Positions 11,377-25,126 of a DNA stretch of 64,000 nt are shown piece by piece. The notes beneath the pieces were generated by a model that saw only the letters and a program-made list of their open reading frames with translations, was not told the origin of the DNA and searched no databases. The first letter of the stretch is position 1. Every line of letters begins with the position of its first letter. The translations under genes were made by a program, and so were the position numbers. Source of the stretch: Nitrospirota bacterium (lineage in GTDB: Bacteria > Nitrospirota > UBA9217); assembly GCA_963754875.1 (NCBI GenBank), contig CAVWHO010000022.1:1-64000 (forward strand). The letters are read 5' to 3'.

Positions 11377-12027
11377 TCACTGTTCTATAGTCTCCGTCCC
11401 CTTCGGTGCTTTAAAAGAAAAAAGCCTGTCATCGATCGCAACACCTTCTTGCGTTTCTTTCAACATAATTTCCGTCGTGTTCCCATACTTGTCGAAGATC
11501 GTAATATTCGTAATGCGACCCTTCTCATCGGTCACGAGGTTCAGCTTTTTCATGGCAGCGCCGGGCTTTTTGGGCAGCAGCTCGAGCGACCGGGGCGATT
11601 TCGGGTCCGACTGGAGTACGTCGAAATCGTCCCGGATATGTGCCGCACCAAGCAGAAACGCCACAGGAACATTCATCTGCTGCACGTCCGTAAAGGTCTT
11701 CTTGACCATCTGCTCGCTCTTTTTCGAATAAAACAGGGCGGTCTTGCCGTCGACGAGCATTACCTGGCCGTTCGTATAATCGATCCGGAGCTTACCCGGC
11801 TTTCTGATCCACAGCGCGCCTTTAAATATTTGCGTCTTGCCGATTGCCTTGAGGAGGTTTTTCTGCGTCACCTTTGCCGTTAACGTCTGGACTCCGCTGT
11901 AGTGGTTCTCCACGAGGGAGACAACGTCCTGGACCGACTGAGCTGGCGATGCTCCCGCAGTAAAAAGCAGCAAAAAACCGATCAGGAGCGTTGGAACAAT
12001 TTTCACGTCACGGGGAATATTTCTCAA
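11377..12027 (-). CDS. lolA: Outer-membrane lipoprotein carrier protein LolA (start uncertain)
   Basis: Signal peptide, TLTAKVTQ, GALWIRKPGKLRIDY, LVDGKT, FSFKAPKG. Confidence 0.85.
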   Translation of the reverse strand: MRNIPRDVKIVPTLLIGFLLLFTAGASPAQSVQDVVSLVENHYSGVQTLTAKVTQKNLLKAIGKTQIFKGALWIRKPGKLRIDYTNGQVMLVDGKTALFYSKKSEQMVKKTFTDVQQMNVPVAFLLGAAHIRDDFDVLQSDPKSPRSLELLPKKPGAAMKKLNLVTDEKGRITNITIFDKYGNTTEIMLKETQEGVAIDDRLFSFKAPKGTETIEQ

Positions 12028-12198
12028 GGAGCAAGTCCCTTTCCTCTTTTTCGATTCTCATTGACGGCGTACCCGGCCCAGGATGCGGCGACCCGCCGGG
12101 AACCTGTCTTGACTTTATTGTACACCAAGATTATCATGGTCTTCACTGGTAGTCAACTCGAATGACGTCAGACCGTATTTTAGTATAAGAGGACTCTC

Positions 12199-14167
<1,969 letters not shown>

Positions 14168-14877
14168 TCCTTCAGTTTCGCAGCAGCTGGCCTTTTTCGC
14201 AGCTGCGCTCCACACCTCATCAAGATTCGGAGCACGGACGCTTCTCGCACTATCGAAATGTTCGCGGGCATTGCTTCGCATTCGGACAATGTGAATGTGG
14301 AGCTGGTCCTGCGTTCTTGACCCCGGAGGGTTGACCACAAGTGCGATGGCATCCTCTTCTGCGAATCCGCTTTTGTGCCGCAGCCCAGGCGATATTCCAG
14401 ATGCTGTCAGGACGCCGCGGATCTTCGATCCCGGTGATCCGTGCCGCGGAATAACGAGGCCGTGGACAAAACCGGGAGCACAGCCGCACATTTTCCTGTC
14501 GCGGATCACGACGTAATCAGCAGTCTCTTCCCAGACCTCCGTCGTATCTTTGCAACCGCGACCTTGCGCGCAGGGGCTTTCGAGTCTCGGAGCAGGGCAA
14601 AGCTTGCAGTAATCGGGAGCATGGATGTCGAGACAGTTTGAGACGATGGTGAGGAGTGCGTCCCGGGATTCAGCGGCGAATACACGCCCCGATATAAAGG
14701 GAGCAGCAAGCAGCAGGTACAGGAGTACGGCACGGGCATGACGGAGAGAAAACAAGCGCAAGAGAACCCCTGAAAAAAATGGCGTATTAACAGATTAATC
14801 AGCGGAGCGGATTTACCGCGGACGCGGGATTGATTCGTTACCTAAATCATTTTTTATCAATTGCCGATATAGCAGAT

Positions 14878-14995
14878 CTGTCCAAGATACTTTTTAAGTA
14901 ATTGAAGGGGAACCTCAGTCAGGTAGAGTAGGTTTGTCGAAGACTTACAAAACCCGAAGGAGGACATCCCCGTGAACAAGTTTACCAGCATATTC
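14878..14995 (+). mobile_element. Possible IS4-family left-end remnant (terminus plus first codons of transposase)
   Basis: CTGTCCAAGAT terminus-like motif, then GGAGG and GTG-AAC-AAG-TTT-ACC-AGC-ATA-TTC (MNKFTSIF), resembling DUF4372/IS4 transposase N-termini; truncated. Confidence 0.4.
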
Positions 14996-15062
14996 GCTAG
15001 TTCAGGATTGCAGCCTGAACCATTCGTTAACAGTTCGGTTCAATCTGCAAGATTGAACCAGC
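14996..15062. repeat. Inverted pair of REP-like palindromes
   Basis: GCTAGTTCAGG-ATTGCAG-CCTGAACC and GGTTCAATC-TGCAA-GATTGAACCAGC; each is a hairpin and they are inverted relative to each other. Confidence 0.65.
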
Positions 15063-15119
15063 GGTGGGCATCTTTACAAACTTGTTATCCAGGCGGGCAA
15101 TTACGATGAAGCATCATAC

Positions 15120-17324
15120 TTAGAAATCGTCAAAATGTCTCGTCGTGCCGTCCATGTTCCTCCCGACGAGGACCTTACGCGGCTTGGCGCCGTCGGCCGG
15201 ACCCACGATGCCGTCTTTTTCCATCAGCTCGATCATGCGTGCTGCGCGGTTGTATCCCACACGAAGGTGGCGCTGCAGAAACGACGTGGATGCCTTGCCG
15301 TTCTGCTGCACCAGGTCGACGGCACGCTGGTATTCCTCATCGTGCTCACTATCTTCCACGGCAGCCGCCTTCGCCTCCACCATCTCCTTGGCCCGCTGCT
15401 GGAGCAAATCGAAGTTCGGCTTGCCCTGCTTTTTGACGAAGTCGACCACGCGCTTGATCTCCGCTTCAGACACGAAGCAGCCGTGGACGCGGACCAGGTG
15501 GGACGACGCAGGAGGGAGGAACAGCATGTCGCCCATGCCGAGCAGGTTCTCTGCGCCGTTCGCGTCCAGGATCGTGCGCGAGTCGGTCTTGGAAGAGACC
15601 TGGAAGGAAATGCGCGAAGGGAGGTTTGCCTTAATGAGGCCGGTGATCACGTCCACACTCGGCCGCTGGGTTGCAACGATCAAATGGATGCCTGATGCAC
15701 GCGCCATCTGGGCCAGGCGCATGATTGAGTCTTCGACCTCACGCTGTACCGTCATCATGAGGTCCGCCAGCTCGTCGATGATCACCACGATATAGGGGAG
15801 CCGCTCTGCCTCCGGAACCGCTTTGTTGTAGGAATCGATGTTCTTGTTGCCCTTCTCTGCGAGCATCCGGTAGCGCCGCTCCATCTCGGCAACGATCGCC
15901 CGGAGCGTCTCCGCGGCCTTCTTGGGCTGGGTAACGACCGGCGAGATGAGATGGGGGATGCCTTCGTACACCGAGAGCTCAAGCATCTTGGGGTCTACCA
16001 TTGCGAGCTTCACTTCGTTCGGCCGTGCATTATAGAGGAGCGCGAGAATAATGGAATTGATGGCAACGCTCTTGCCCGAACCGGTTGCGCCCGCAACCAG
16101 GAGGTGGGGCATCTTGTCGATGGAGGCGATCACCGACGCGCCGAAGATGTCTTTGCCCATCGGGACCTTAAGCTTGGACTTGTTTGCCTGGTACTCCGGC
16201 GTTTCGAGGATCTGGCGGAAATAGACGGTCTCGCGCGTATTGTTCGGCACTTCGATTCCGACCGCCGCCTTCCCGGGCAGCGGCGCCACAATGCGGACCG
16301 ACGTCGCCTTCATGGCGAGCGCAAGGTCGTCGGCCAGATTGACGATCCTGCTCACCTTGACACCCGGCGCAGGCTCGAACTCAAACATGGTGACCACCGG
16401 GCCGGGGTAGACCTGGGTAACCCGGCCTTCGATGCCGAAGTCCTGGAGTTTGCGCTGCAGGAGCTCGGACTGGGCGATCATGTCTTCTTTGGAAACTTTT
16501 TTCACGACCTGCGGCAGGGGGTCGAGCAATTCGGGCGTGGGGAGCTGGTAGGCGCCCTTCCCGTCGGCGCCGTCTTTCGCGCCCATGAACTCAAAGGTCG
16601 CCTGCACAGGCTTTACCGGCTTCACGATCTTCGGAGCAGGAGGAGAGAACTGCGGCTTTTGCGTATCAACGATCTTCGGCAATTCTTTGGGCAGGACAGG
16701 ACGCTGCTTTGCCTCCCTGGCCTTTTCCCTGCGGCCTTGGTAGATCGTGATGAGCAGGTCCACCTGCGCCATCATGCGCCTGTAGACGGCCCGCAGCCAC
16801 GCAAAGGCCTTGATCAGCGAGAAAGGCGTGAGGAGCATCACCGATACAACGATTGCCGTGAGCGCGATAATGTAGGCACCCGTGGACGAGAATCCGGAGA
16901 GCAGCAGATGGGCGATCAGGCCGCCCAGCATGCCTCCCGAAGGGATCTCTTCTCCTAGGAGGTGGAGCGTTTCTCCGTGCAGCCCGAAGAACGCAGAGGA
17001 GGAGATAAAAAGGACGATGCCGCCGACCTTCTTGAGGTACGGGTGCACCGGCTCCCTCCCGAGCGTTAGGAACACGCCGTAGCCGAACACAAGGAGGGGA
17101 ATCAGGTAGGCGGTGATACCGAAGAGACGGAGCACTACATCGGAGAGGTAGGCGCCGATGATGCCGATGACGTTTTGTGTTTTTGCGCCCGTGCCGGAGA
17201 CGCTGAAGCAGGGGTCCGTTGCGCTGTATGACAGGAGGCTCAGCATGACGAGCAGACCGGCGGCAAGCAAGAGCAGGCCCATCATCTCGTTCCAGTGTTT
17301 ATGTTTTACTGCGGAAACCGCCAT
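15120..17324 (-). CDS. ftsK: DNA translocase FtsK
   Basis: N-terminal 4TM domain, [37 protein letters not shown], gamma domain [21 protein letters not shown]. Confidence 0.97.
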   Translation of the reverse strand: MAVSAVKHKHWNEMMGLLLLAAGLLVMLSLLSYSATDPCFSVSGTGAKTQNVIGIIGAYLSDVVLRLFGITAYLIPLLVFGYGVFLTLGREPVHPYLKKVGGIVLFISSSAFFGLHGETLHLLGEEIPSGGMLGGLIAHLLLSGFSSTGAYIIALTAIVVSVMLLTPFSLIKAFAWLRAVYRRMMAQVDLLITIYQGRREKAREAKQRPVLPKELPKIVDTQKPQFSPPAPKIVKPVKPVQATFEFMGAKDGADGKGAYQLPTPELLDPLPQVVKKVSKEDMIAQSELLQRKLQDFGIEGRVTQVYPGPVVTMFEFEPAPGVKVSRIVNLADDLALAMKATSVRIVAPLPGKAAVGIEVPNNTRETVYFRQILETPEYQANKSKLKVPMGKDIFGASVIASIDKMPHLLVAGATGSGKSVAINSIILALLYNARPNEVKLAMVDPKMLELSVYEGIPHLISPVVTQPKKAAETLRAIVAEMERRYRMLAEKGNKNIDSYNKAVPEAERLPYIVVIIDELADLMMTVQREVEDSIMRLAQMARASGIHLIVATQRPSVDVITGLIKANLPSRISFQVSSKTDSRTILDANGAENLLGMGDMLFLPPASSHLVRVHGCFVSEAEIKRVVDFVKKQGKPNFDLLQQRAKEMVEAKAAAVEDSEHDEEYQRAVDLVQQNGKASTSFLQRHLRVGYNRAARMIELMEKDGIVGPADGAKPRKVLVGRNMDGTTRHFDDF

Positions 17325-17916
17325 AGACTCCTAATCCGGACAGGCCGGAAAACCGAACTTTAAGGAAGGCGAGACCGCCGTAGCAGCTCGCGCACGCATA
17401 GAAAACACTGGATGGACCTAGAACGCGGTTTCCTGAGCCGAAGGATTTTGCACATTCATCCGGGTGGTCGAACCACACGCCGCCGGCAACAGCCGAATAG
17501 CTGATGACCAGGAGAAACCAGTGCATGATGTTGATGAGTTTCAGTGCCTGGTCCATGTCGATCTTTTCCGGGTCGGCAAAAAGCTTGCCGAAGATCTTCC
17601 GCTCCAACAACAGCACGGTGGTGTAGAACGCCCAGGCAAAGATCATGATCACGACGCCGATGCCGCGGGCCTGCGTCAGAATGCCGAACCCATATTTTGC
17701 GTAGAGCATCCAGAAACCCGTGATGCCCACGATTCCGACCAGCCATTTGACCATGCCTGCGAAGCGGTGTTCCACGCGCTGGAACATGAGCGCTTTTTCG
17801 AGCGAGCCCTCGGTCATGTACATCATGGGAAAGATGACCGTGGTCACGAACGTTACGCCGCCAATCCATACGATAACGCAGATGACGTGGATGATAAGCA
17901 GGATTGTCAGAAACAT
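17299..17916 (-). CDS. Four-TM membrane protein (CopD/DUF-like); C-terminus possibly over-extended
   Basis: [12 protein letters not shown] motif and four hydrophobic segments; GGAGG RBS. Confidence 0.6.
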   Translation of the reverse strand: MFLTILLIIHVICVIVWIGGVTFVTTVIFPMMYMTEGSLEKALMFQRVEHRFAGMVKWLVGIVGITGFWMLYAKYGFGILTQARGIGVVIMIFAWAFYTTVLLLERKIFGKLFADPEKIDMDQALKLINIMHWFLLVISYSAVAGGVWFDHPDECAKSFGSGNRVLGPSSVFYACASCYGGLAFLKVRFSGLSGLGVYGGFRSKT

Positions 17917-18066
17917 GTGGACCTCCGTGTTGTGTACTCTATCTAAAGATGAGCGAGCCGCACGGACACATTATTTCACAAAGCAGTGAGGAATTCAAGA
18001 TGTTTTGGGGGGAACGGCCTTCTCTCGGCGGCAAGCGCACGGCAACTTTGAACTGTGAACACTGAA

Positions 18067-19098
18067 CTATACTCTCACCACGATCTTGCCGAAAATTTGC
18101 CGGCTCAGCAGTTTTTCATAGGCCTTCTGTACGTCTTGAAAATCGAACACGGAATCGACGACAGTTGTGAGTTTTTTCGGAAACAGTTTCAAATAGTGGG
18201 CCATTGCCGTCTTGGGCCCCACGTATACTCCGTGAATCGTGATATTTTTCCCGAAGACGTACCGGAGACTCAACAACAGTTCGTCACCCGACGTGGCCCC
18301 GAATGTCACCAGCCTGCCGCCTCTCTTCAAACACGAAAGCGACTTGTTGAACGTGGCTGCGCCGATATGGTCGACGGCGATGTCAACCAGTTCGTTGCTC
18401 GTTGCCCGCTTTACTGCTTCGACAAAATCTTCTTTTTTGTAATTGATCACGAAATCGGCGCCCTGCTCTTTTGCCTTCTCGATCTTCCAGTCGTCACCCA
18501 CGGTTGTGATGACCCTTGCATTGAACATCTTCGCCACTTGAATGAGCGATGTGCCCACGCCACTGCCCGCGGCATGGACCAGGACCGTATCGCCCTGCTG
18601 GATGCCTGCGCGCAGCACGAGCGAATTCCAGGACGTGGTATAGGCAATCCCGATCCCTGCAGCTTGCTCGAACGTCAGGCCTTCGGGTTTCCGGAAGATA
18701 TTTGCCGCCGGAACTTTCACGTATTCTGCCGATACGCCGTTCGTAATGACACCGAGAACGGAGAAGCTGTTGCACTCATTATCGTGTCCATTCAGGCATC
18801 TCTCGCAATGGCCGCAGGAAAGGCCGGGAAAAACGATCGCTTCATCGCCGGATTTGATGTGCTGTATGTCTTTTCCGACTTTTTCTACTACGCCGGAAGC
18901 GTCCGATGCGAAGATATGGGGCAGGGGTATTTTGACCGGATAGTTTCCGCTCATGACCCAGACATCGAGATGATTGAGCGAGAATGCTTTAACCCGGACG
19001 AGGACCTCGTTCTCGGTTATTTCGGGGACCGGCATGTCCCCCATTTTGATTCCCTGATACCCTTTCTGTTCGTCATAAAAGAGCGCTTTCATAATCAC
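18067..19098 (-). CDS. Zinc-binding alcohol dehydrogenase / quinone oxidoreductase (MDR family)
   Basis: EVLVRVKAFSLNHLD, structural Zn CGHCERCLNGHDNEC, VLVHAAGSGVG, GKIVV. Confidence 0.92.
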   Translation of the reverse strand: MIMKALFYDEQKGYQGIKMGDMPVPEITENEVLVRVKAFSLNHLDVWVMSGNYPVKIPLPHIFASDASGVVEKVGKDIQHIKSGDEAIVFPGLSCGHCERCLNGHDNECNSFSVLGVITNGVSAEYVKVPAANIFRKPEGLTFEQAAGIGIAYTTSWNSLVLRAGIQQGDTVLVHAAGSGVGTSLIQVAKMFNARVITTVGDDWKIEKAKEQGADFVINYKKEDFVEAVKRATSNELVDIAVDHIGAATFNKSLSCLKRGGRLVTFGATSGDELLLSLRYVFGKNITIHGVYVGPKTAMAHYLKLFPKKLTTVVDSVFDFQDVQKAYEKLLSRQIFGKIVVRV

Positions 19099-19494
19099 CG
19101 TCCTGTGATTTAGTATAGCCGTTTACAGAGCAGCGTGTCAATGAAAGGAAGGAAAACTTTTTTCACCGACAGCTCCTGATCAATGAACGCAGAGAACACG
19201 ATGTTGTTTTAAAAAATATGCACATATATCTAAAGCTATACGAATAAGGACTTATAAAAACTGCGCACAGTGGATCCACCTCCGGCAAGGAGCCGGGGGC
19301 TCTCTCTCATGACGAGAACTCCCGCGGTTTACGACGCATTGCACCGGCAGGAGCCGGGAGATTGCAAGTCGCGGTATTCAATCACCCGGCAAAACTCTCG
19401 CGATCATTCGATTTCAGGCTCCGGCGCCGGTATTGACTCTGCGGCAAAGCGCATCTATAATGCTGACTGCGGCAGCGTACTCACGGTCAATCGA

Positions 19495-20382
19495 ATGAAA
19501 AAGTACAAACTCATTGCAAATCCTCACGCTGGACGAGGCAGGGCCGGCAAGATCATTTCTGAAGTTGTTCGTCTCTTCAACACGCGCAAGGTTCGTTTCG
19601 ACCTCGAAACCACCAGGGGACCGGGAGATGCGGAGAACAGTGCTGCTGTCGCCTGCGCCAGCGAAGATGTAGCCGCTGTCATTTCCATCGGCGGTGACGG
19701 TACGTTGAATGAGATCGTCCAGAAAGCGGTTTTTACCGGAAAGCCGGTCGGCGTAATTCCTGCGGGGTCGGGCAACGACTTTGCCAAAGTGCTGAACACG
19801 CCGAAAAAGCTGGATGACCTTGTTGACATGCTCCTCGCGGGCAGAACGAAGGTTATCGACGCAGGCAGGATGAACAACCGTTTTTTTGCCAACAATATCG
19901 GCATCGGTTTTGACGCCGCGGTCAATTACAACACGCGGAAGGTCAAGTGGATCAGAAGCGGCCTCGCTGTCTATGTTTGCGCGCTCCTGAAAACACTCAA
20001 CCAATACCGGCCCTTGCCCATGAAGATCACGATCAACAACGAGGTCTTCGACCAAACCATGTTCTTGGTCAGTGTCGGCAACGGCACAACCTGCGGCGGT
20101 GGATTCAAACTCACGCCGCATGCGAAGATCGATGACCGGCTTCTCGATATAACGATGGTAAAGCCTCTCAGCCTTCCTCAGTTGTTCCGGCATTTTCCGA
20201 AGGTCTTTCAGGGAACGATCGACAAGACGCAGCACGCCGTTACCCGGCGGGCGGAAAAGCTGACCGTGGAAAGCTTTCATCCGCTGCCGCTTCATGTGGA
20301 CGGTGAAATTTACTCTTTGGAAGGGAACACCTGCGAGATTTCGGTGGTACCGGACGCCTTGACGATCATCGGTAACTTCTGA
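19495..20382 (+). CDS. Diacylglycerol/lipid kinase family protein (YegS/BmrU-like)
   Basis: IANPHAGRG, GGDGTLNE, IPAGSGNDFA, GIGFDA, GGGFKLTPHA, HVDGE. Confidence 0.92.
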   Translation: MKKYKLIANPHAGRGRAGKIISEVVRLFNTRKVRFDLETTRGPGDAENSAAVACASEDVAAVISIGGDGTLNEIVQKAVFTGKPVGVIPAGSGNDFAKVLNTPKKLDDLVDMLLAGRTKVIDAGRMNNRFFANNIGIGFDAAVNYNTRKVKWIRSGLAVYVCALLKTLNQYRPLPMKITINNEVFDQTMFLVSVGNGTTCGGGFKLTPHAKIDDRLLDITMVKPLSLPQLFRHFPKVFQGTIDKTQHAVTRRAEKLTVESFHPLPLHVDGEIYSLEGNTCEISVVPDALTIIGNF

Positions 20383-20440
20383 AGACCGGGCCTTCCGTTG
20401 ATCAAAGGGTCAGCCTTGGCCTTCCTCAAACGCCGCATCT

Positions 20441-20706
20441 CTACTCCATCTTTCGGACACGCACATCGATGTGGTGAGGATCACATCGGCTTTCGGAAGT
20501 TTCCCATTGTCGGCCAGTTTGCTGAAGGGATCGACGTGAATGATCTTCTTATTGAACGTGAGCATGAGCGAACCATGTCCGATGAACGTGATCCCAAGCT
20601 CCCCGGAAGAAGTTCGTATGACATCTTTTTCAAATGGTTCCTGTGCAACGGCTTGAAGCGGACAGAATGCCGCCAGCAACAGGACTGTCATGGTTATTTT
20701 GATCAT
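20441..20706 (-). pseudogene. Exported MBL-fold metallo-hydrolase with internal deletion
   Basis: Signal peptide, ITFIGHGSL...IHVDPFS...KADVILT, then a direct jump (other frame) to a family-like C-terminus IDVRVRKME*; the HxHxDH core is missing. Confidence 0.65.
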
Positions 20707-20717
20707 AAGGCCTCCCG

Positions 20718-23202
20718 TCAGCCTTTTTTGCTGTTCGCTTTTAGTCCCCATATTCTATCGGCGTATTCCCTGATCGTGCGGTCGCTCGAAAATTTCCCCA
20801 TGCCTGCGACGTTCAGAATCGAACGCCTGGCCCACTCCTCCTGGTCGCGGTAGAGCGCATCGACCCGGTCCTGGCAGGCAATGTAAGACGCGTAATCGGC
20901 AAGGAGCATGTAGTTGTCGCTTCCCGTGAGGGCGTCGAAGATGGGCCGGAAGCGGTCCGGCGCTTCCGGACAGAAGTAGCCGCTGTTGATCATGTCCAGG
21001 GCCTGCTTGAGTTCGGCATTGGCAATTGTAACTGTCTCTGGGCCAGTACCCTTTTGCACGCTGCGAGGCGACCTCATCCGCGGTCATGCCGAAGATGAAG
21101 ATGTTCTCGCTGCCGACCTCTTCCTTCATCTCGACGTTCGCACCGTCCAGGGTCCCGATGGTGAGCGCGCCGTTCAAGGCGAGTTTCATGTTGCCCGTGC
21201 CTGATGCCTCGGTGCCGGCCAAAGAAATCTGCTCCGACAGATCGCAGGCGGGAATGATCTTCTCGGCGTTCGACACGTTGTAGTCGGCGATGAACACTAC
21301 TTTCAGGAGATCGGCCGTCGCCGGGTCGTTGTTCACGACGTCGCCCACGCAATGAATGAGCTTGATAATGAGCTTGGCCATGACATACCCGGGCGCCGCC
21401 TTGCCGCCGAAGATCATGGTGCGCGGCACCGCGTCCGTGGCCCGGCCGTCGCGGATCCGGTTGTATCGCGTCACGATGTGCAGCACGTTCAGGAGCTGCC
21501 GCTTGTACTCATGGACGCGCTTAATGTGTATGTCGAAGAGCGATGCCGGATCGACGCTGAGCGTGAGCCGCATCCTGATGATCTCGGCCAGCCGCTCCTT
21601 GTTCACACGCTTCACGTCCCGGAACTGTTTCCGGAATTCCTTCTCCTGGGAGAGAGGGATGAGTTTCTTGAGCTCCGCAAGGTCACAGACCCATTGGTCG
21701 CCGATCCGGAGCGTGATGAGCGCGGACAGCGCCGGGTTCGCCTGGTGCAGCCAGCGCCGCGGCGTCACGCCGTTGGTGATGTTGATGATCTTGTCGGGGG
21801 TGAACCGGTCGAACTCCGCGAAGATCGTCTTTTTCATGAGGTCCGTATGGATCTGCGAGACGCCGTTCACTTTGTGGCTCCCCACGATTGCCAGGTGGGC
21901 CATGCGCAGGCGGCGTCCCGCCGTCTCATCCACGAGCGACATGCGCCGCAGCCGCTCCACGTCGCCGGGATAGCGGTGGCGCACCTCTTCGAGAAACCGG
22001 TAGTTGATCTCATAGATGATCTGGAGGTGCCGCGGCAGGACCTCTTCGAACAGGCGGACGGGCCAGGTCTCGAGCGCCTCGGGCATGAGTGTGTGGTTGG
22101 TGTAGGAGAACGTGCGGCGCGTAATGTTCCAGGCGCGGTCCCAGTCCAGGTGATGGACGTCGATCAGGATCCGCATGAGCTCGGGAATGGCGATGGACGG
22201 GTGAGTATCGTTCAGCTGGATCGCAACCTTGTCCGGCAGTTCGTCCAGGTTCGGGTGATATTTGGTGAAGCGCCGGAGAATGTCCTGGAGCGACGCGCAG
22301 ACGAAGAAGTACTGTTGCTTGAGCCGCAGCTCCCGTCCCATTTCCGTCGTATCGTCGGGATAGAGAACTTTGGACAGGTTTTCCGACTCGTTCTTCTCCG
22401 CCACTGCCTTGATATAGTTCCCCTCGTTGAAGTATTTAAGGTTGAAGTCGCGCGATGCCTTGGCGGACCAGAGCCGCATGTTGTTCACCGTGTTCGTGTC
22501 GTACCCGGGCACCGGCGTGTCGAAGGCCATGGCCATCACGTCTTCGGTCTCGACCCAGTGGTACTGCAAGGAGCCGTGATCGTTTTTGATCTGCACAACC
22601 CTGCCGCCGAACTTGACCGGGAAGAGCACTTCGGGCCGGGGAAATTCCCAGGGGTTGCCGTACCGCAGCCAGTTGTCGGGATGCTCCACCTGGTAACCGT
22701 TCTCGATGCGCTGGTTGAACATACCGTATTCGTAGCGGATGCCGTACCCGTATCCGGGAAGCGACAGGGTGGCCAGGGAGTCAAGAAAGCAGGCCGCAAG
22801 CCTCCCGAGCCCGCCGTTGCCGAGCGCCGCGTCCGTTTCCAGCTCGCGTATCCGATCGATGTCGAGCTCCAGGTCGGCAAGGGCCCCGCAGCATTCTTCG
22901 TAGAACCCCATGTTCAGGAGGCTGTTCGAGAGCAGGCGGCCGGTCAAAAACTCCATGGAGAGATAGTAAACGCGCTTGGCATCGGACCGGTAGTAGCTGC
23001 GCATCGTCTCCATCCAGCGCTCGATAAGCCGCTCGCGCACGGCGTAGGCCGTAGTGTGGAACCAGTCGCGGTGCGTGGCGGTGATCGGGTCCTTCCCCAT
23101 GGAGTAGATCAGGCGGTTCGAGAGCGAGTGTTTGAGAGAGGTCCGGTCATTGCCTAACTTGTCGTACTGGAAGGTGCTCAACTTATTGTGGTTATTGGAC
23201 AT
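20718..23202 (-). CDS. glgP: Glycogen/starch phosphorylase (frameshift near 21030)
   Basis: LGNGGLGRLAACF, QLNDTHP, KRVHEYKRQ, EASGTGNMK; C-terminus GKFSSDRTIREYA is in 20718..21077. Confidence 0.95.
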
Positions 23203-23291
23203 GGCTCCTCCGGGTCGTTCTGTGGTTTTATTGTACCTGAAAAAAGGGGAAAAGGAGGATTTTTTTAGGGGGAAACGACAGGCTCGCGCGC

Positions 23292-23885
23292 CTACAGGCG
23301 GCGGAGCGTTTTCCGGAACACGTCCAGCGGCTGGGCGCCGACGAGGAGTTTCCTGTTGTCAATATAAAAGGTCGGTACGCCGGTCACGCCGACACGGGCC
23401 GCGTCTTCCTTCGCCTCTTCCAGCTTCGGCAAGTACTTGTGGTTTTCGACGGTAGAGGCCAGGGCCTCGTCGTCGAGACCAGTATCGCGCGCGATTTGCT
23501 TCAGCACATTGAGATCGCCGATGTCGAGGCCCTCGGAAAAGTATGCGGTAAACAGGGCCTGGTGATACACCTGGAATTTTGAGTTGTCGCGGGCAAACTC
23601 AACGGCCTGGAGAGCCCGGTGCGAGTTGGAGAGAAGAGGACGGTCGGCGAAGGTTATTCCGAAAGCTGCACCCATTGTGCGAAGGTGCTCCATCATGCGC
23701 TTGATATCTTCAGGCCGAAAACGCGCCGTCATGGGAGTTCCTTCGGGCGGCGTCTCGGGATGAATCTCAATTCCCCGCCATACGGCGCTCAGATCAAACT
23801 CCTGCGTCAGCTTTTCGACGATACCCTCGCCGATAAAGCAGAACGGTCAGATGTAATCGGAAAAAATTTCGATTTGTATAGGCAT
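23292..23885 (-). CDS. DsbA/FrnE-like thiol-disulfide oxidoreductase, predicted selenoprotein (UxxC), 197 aa
   Basis: ATG at 23885 after GAGG reads MPIQIEIFSDYI-TGA-PFCFIG and stays in frame with 23292..23732 (GVTGVPTF, GAQP). The TGA (23847-23849) replaces the first Cys of CPFC. Confidence 0.85.
23810..23839 (-). promoter_or_regulatory. Putative bacterial SECIS hairpin
   Basis: GCUUU-A-UCGGCGA-[GGGUA]-UCGUCGA-AAAGC; the apical loop starts with G, 20 nt after the UGA. Confidence 0.75.
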
Positions 23886-23911
23886 GTGATGACCTCTGGT
23901 TTTTTGATGTT

Positions 23912-24115
23912 TCAGGCAGCCGCCTTCAGGCTCTGCTCGATGACCGCATGCACCTGCTGGATCGTAGGAACGGGATCCCCTAGGTGTTTCTGCGCCAGGT
24001 GTTCATACAATTTCGGTTCGCTCAGCAATGCTTTCATGTGCCTGACAGCCTTCGCCCGCGTCCTTCCCCTGACCTTCAATACGTCCCCGCAACTGCACGT
24101 CATACTGTACGTCAT
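23912..24115 (-). CDS. Small metal-binding protein (DUF1059-like)
   Basis: MTYSMTCSCG...HLAQKH; GAGGTG RBS. Confidence 0.6.
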   Translation of the reverse strand: MTYSMTCSCGDVLKVRGRTRAKAVRHMKALLSEPKLYEHLAQKHLGDPVPTIQQVHAVIEQSLKAAA

Positions 24116-24309
24116 TCCTATCACCTCTTTTACAACAACTCCCGCGGAAAGGAGCTGTGCATGATTCTTAGTGTACAACCGCCGTGCCGGAGGGTCAAGG
24201 CCGAGTAGGTTTATTCATGATAAAATGATGCTTTTCATTAGATTGCTAGCACAAAAGTAGTCCGACGCGTGCGTAAGATCGAGAATTACGACAGCACAGG
24301 AGATCTTCC

Positions 24310-24615
24310 CTAACGCCGGATGATGACCAGCACGCCCGCTACGAGCGCGAGCGCTTCAAGCACCGCGTGGCTCCCGCGGAAGTGGATGCCGATCAGCGGC
24401 ACAAGACCTGCGAGAATGAGCCAGATCCCGAGGACGAAGTCCGCGGCGCGGGCGGAGAACTTCTCGCCCCTGTCCGCCAGGAGCAAAAGCGCACCTGCTA
24501 TGACGGCAACAATGGCAAGGACCATTGAACTTCCGCTGAAGTTAAAATCAGTCAAGGCGATCAGTCCTGATAAAATCAGCCATGCACCGAGCAGTATATT
24601 TGCGAGCTTCTTCAT
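24310..24615 (-). CDS. Small 4-TM membrane protein made of an internal tandem duplication
   Basis: LLGAWLILSGL...AVIAGALLLL repeated as VLGIWLILAGL...ALVAGVLVII; GGGAGG RBS. Confidence 0.7.
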   Translation of the reverse strand: MKKLANILLGAWLILSGLIALTDFNFSGSSMVLAIVAVIAGALLLLADRGEKFSARAADFVLGIWLILAGLVPLIGIHFRGSHAVLEALALVAGVLVIIRR

Positions 24616-25126
24616 ATATGCAGCCTCCCTGCTAGTACTATCAGAGACGTCGGCTTGATGCCCTACGAACACCTGCCGAGTCTACTGTTTTAATTATACA
24701 TGAAAAAGGGGGGGGATTGCTCTGCGTGGAGCCCTGACCACCATTATCACCAATGACCGGTCGAGCAGCTGGGTAGAGCACCTGATCTAGAGTATTCAGA
24801 ATGTGCTGCTCGTTGTCAGAAATTTCGATGGACATTTTCGTGGTATCTCAAAATTAATCGTGCATGAGAAAGAGTTGGCGTTCCGCGGTTGAAGTCAACA
24901 ACTTGTGTTTACGTATGCTTCATTCTTATGACGACTGTTGATCCCGCAACGACGAAAGGTCTGCAGAGAAAAGCGCCTGATGGGGTTGAATAATCGTTCG
25001 CCATTTTGGCAATACGATGCCTGTTCTTTTTTTTCAGCGTCCTCGGAACTGCTTCGAACTTCGTCGAAGGGTTATCCATGGTTCAATCTTTTTTTCAGAT
25101 TCTTGAAACATGCATCAGAAAATCAT

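Noticed and set aside
21352..23157. Long antisense ORFs (also 24938..26545, 12598..13821, 15951..16958, 18055..19113, 5813..6748)
   Set aside because: Shadow frames opposite well-recognised genes in GC-rich DNA, with no motifs.
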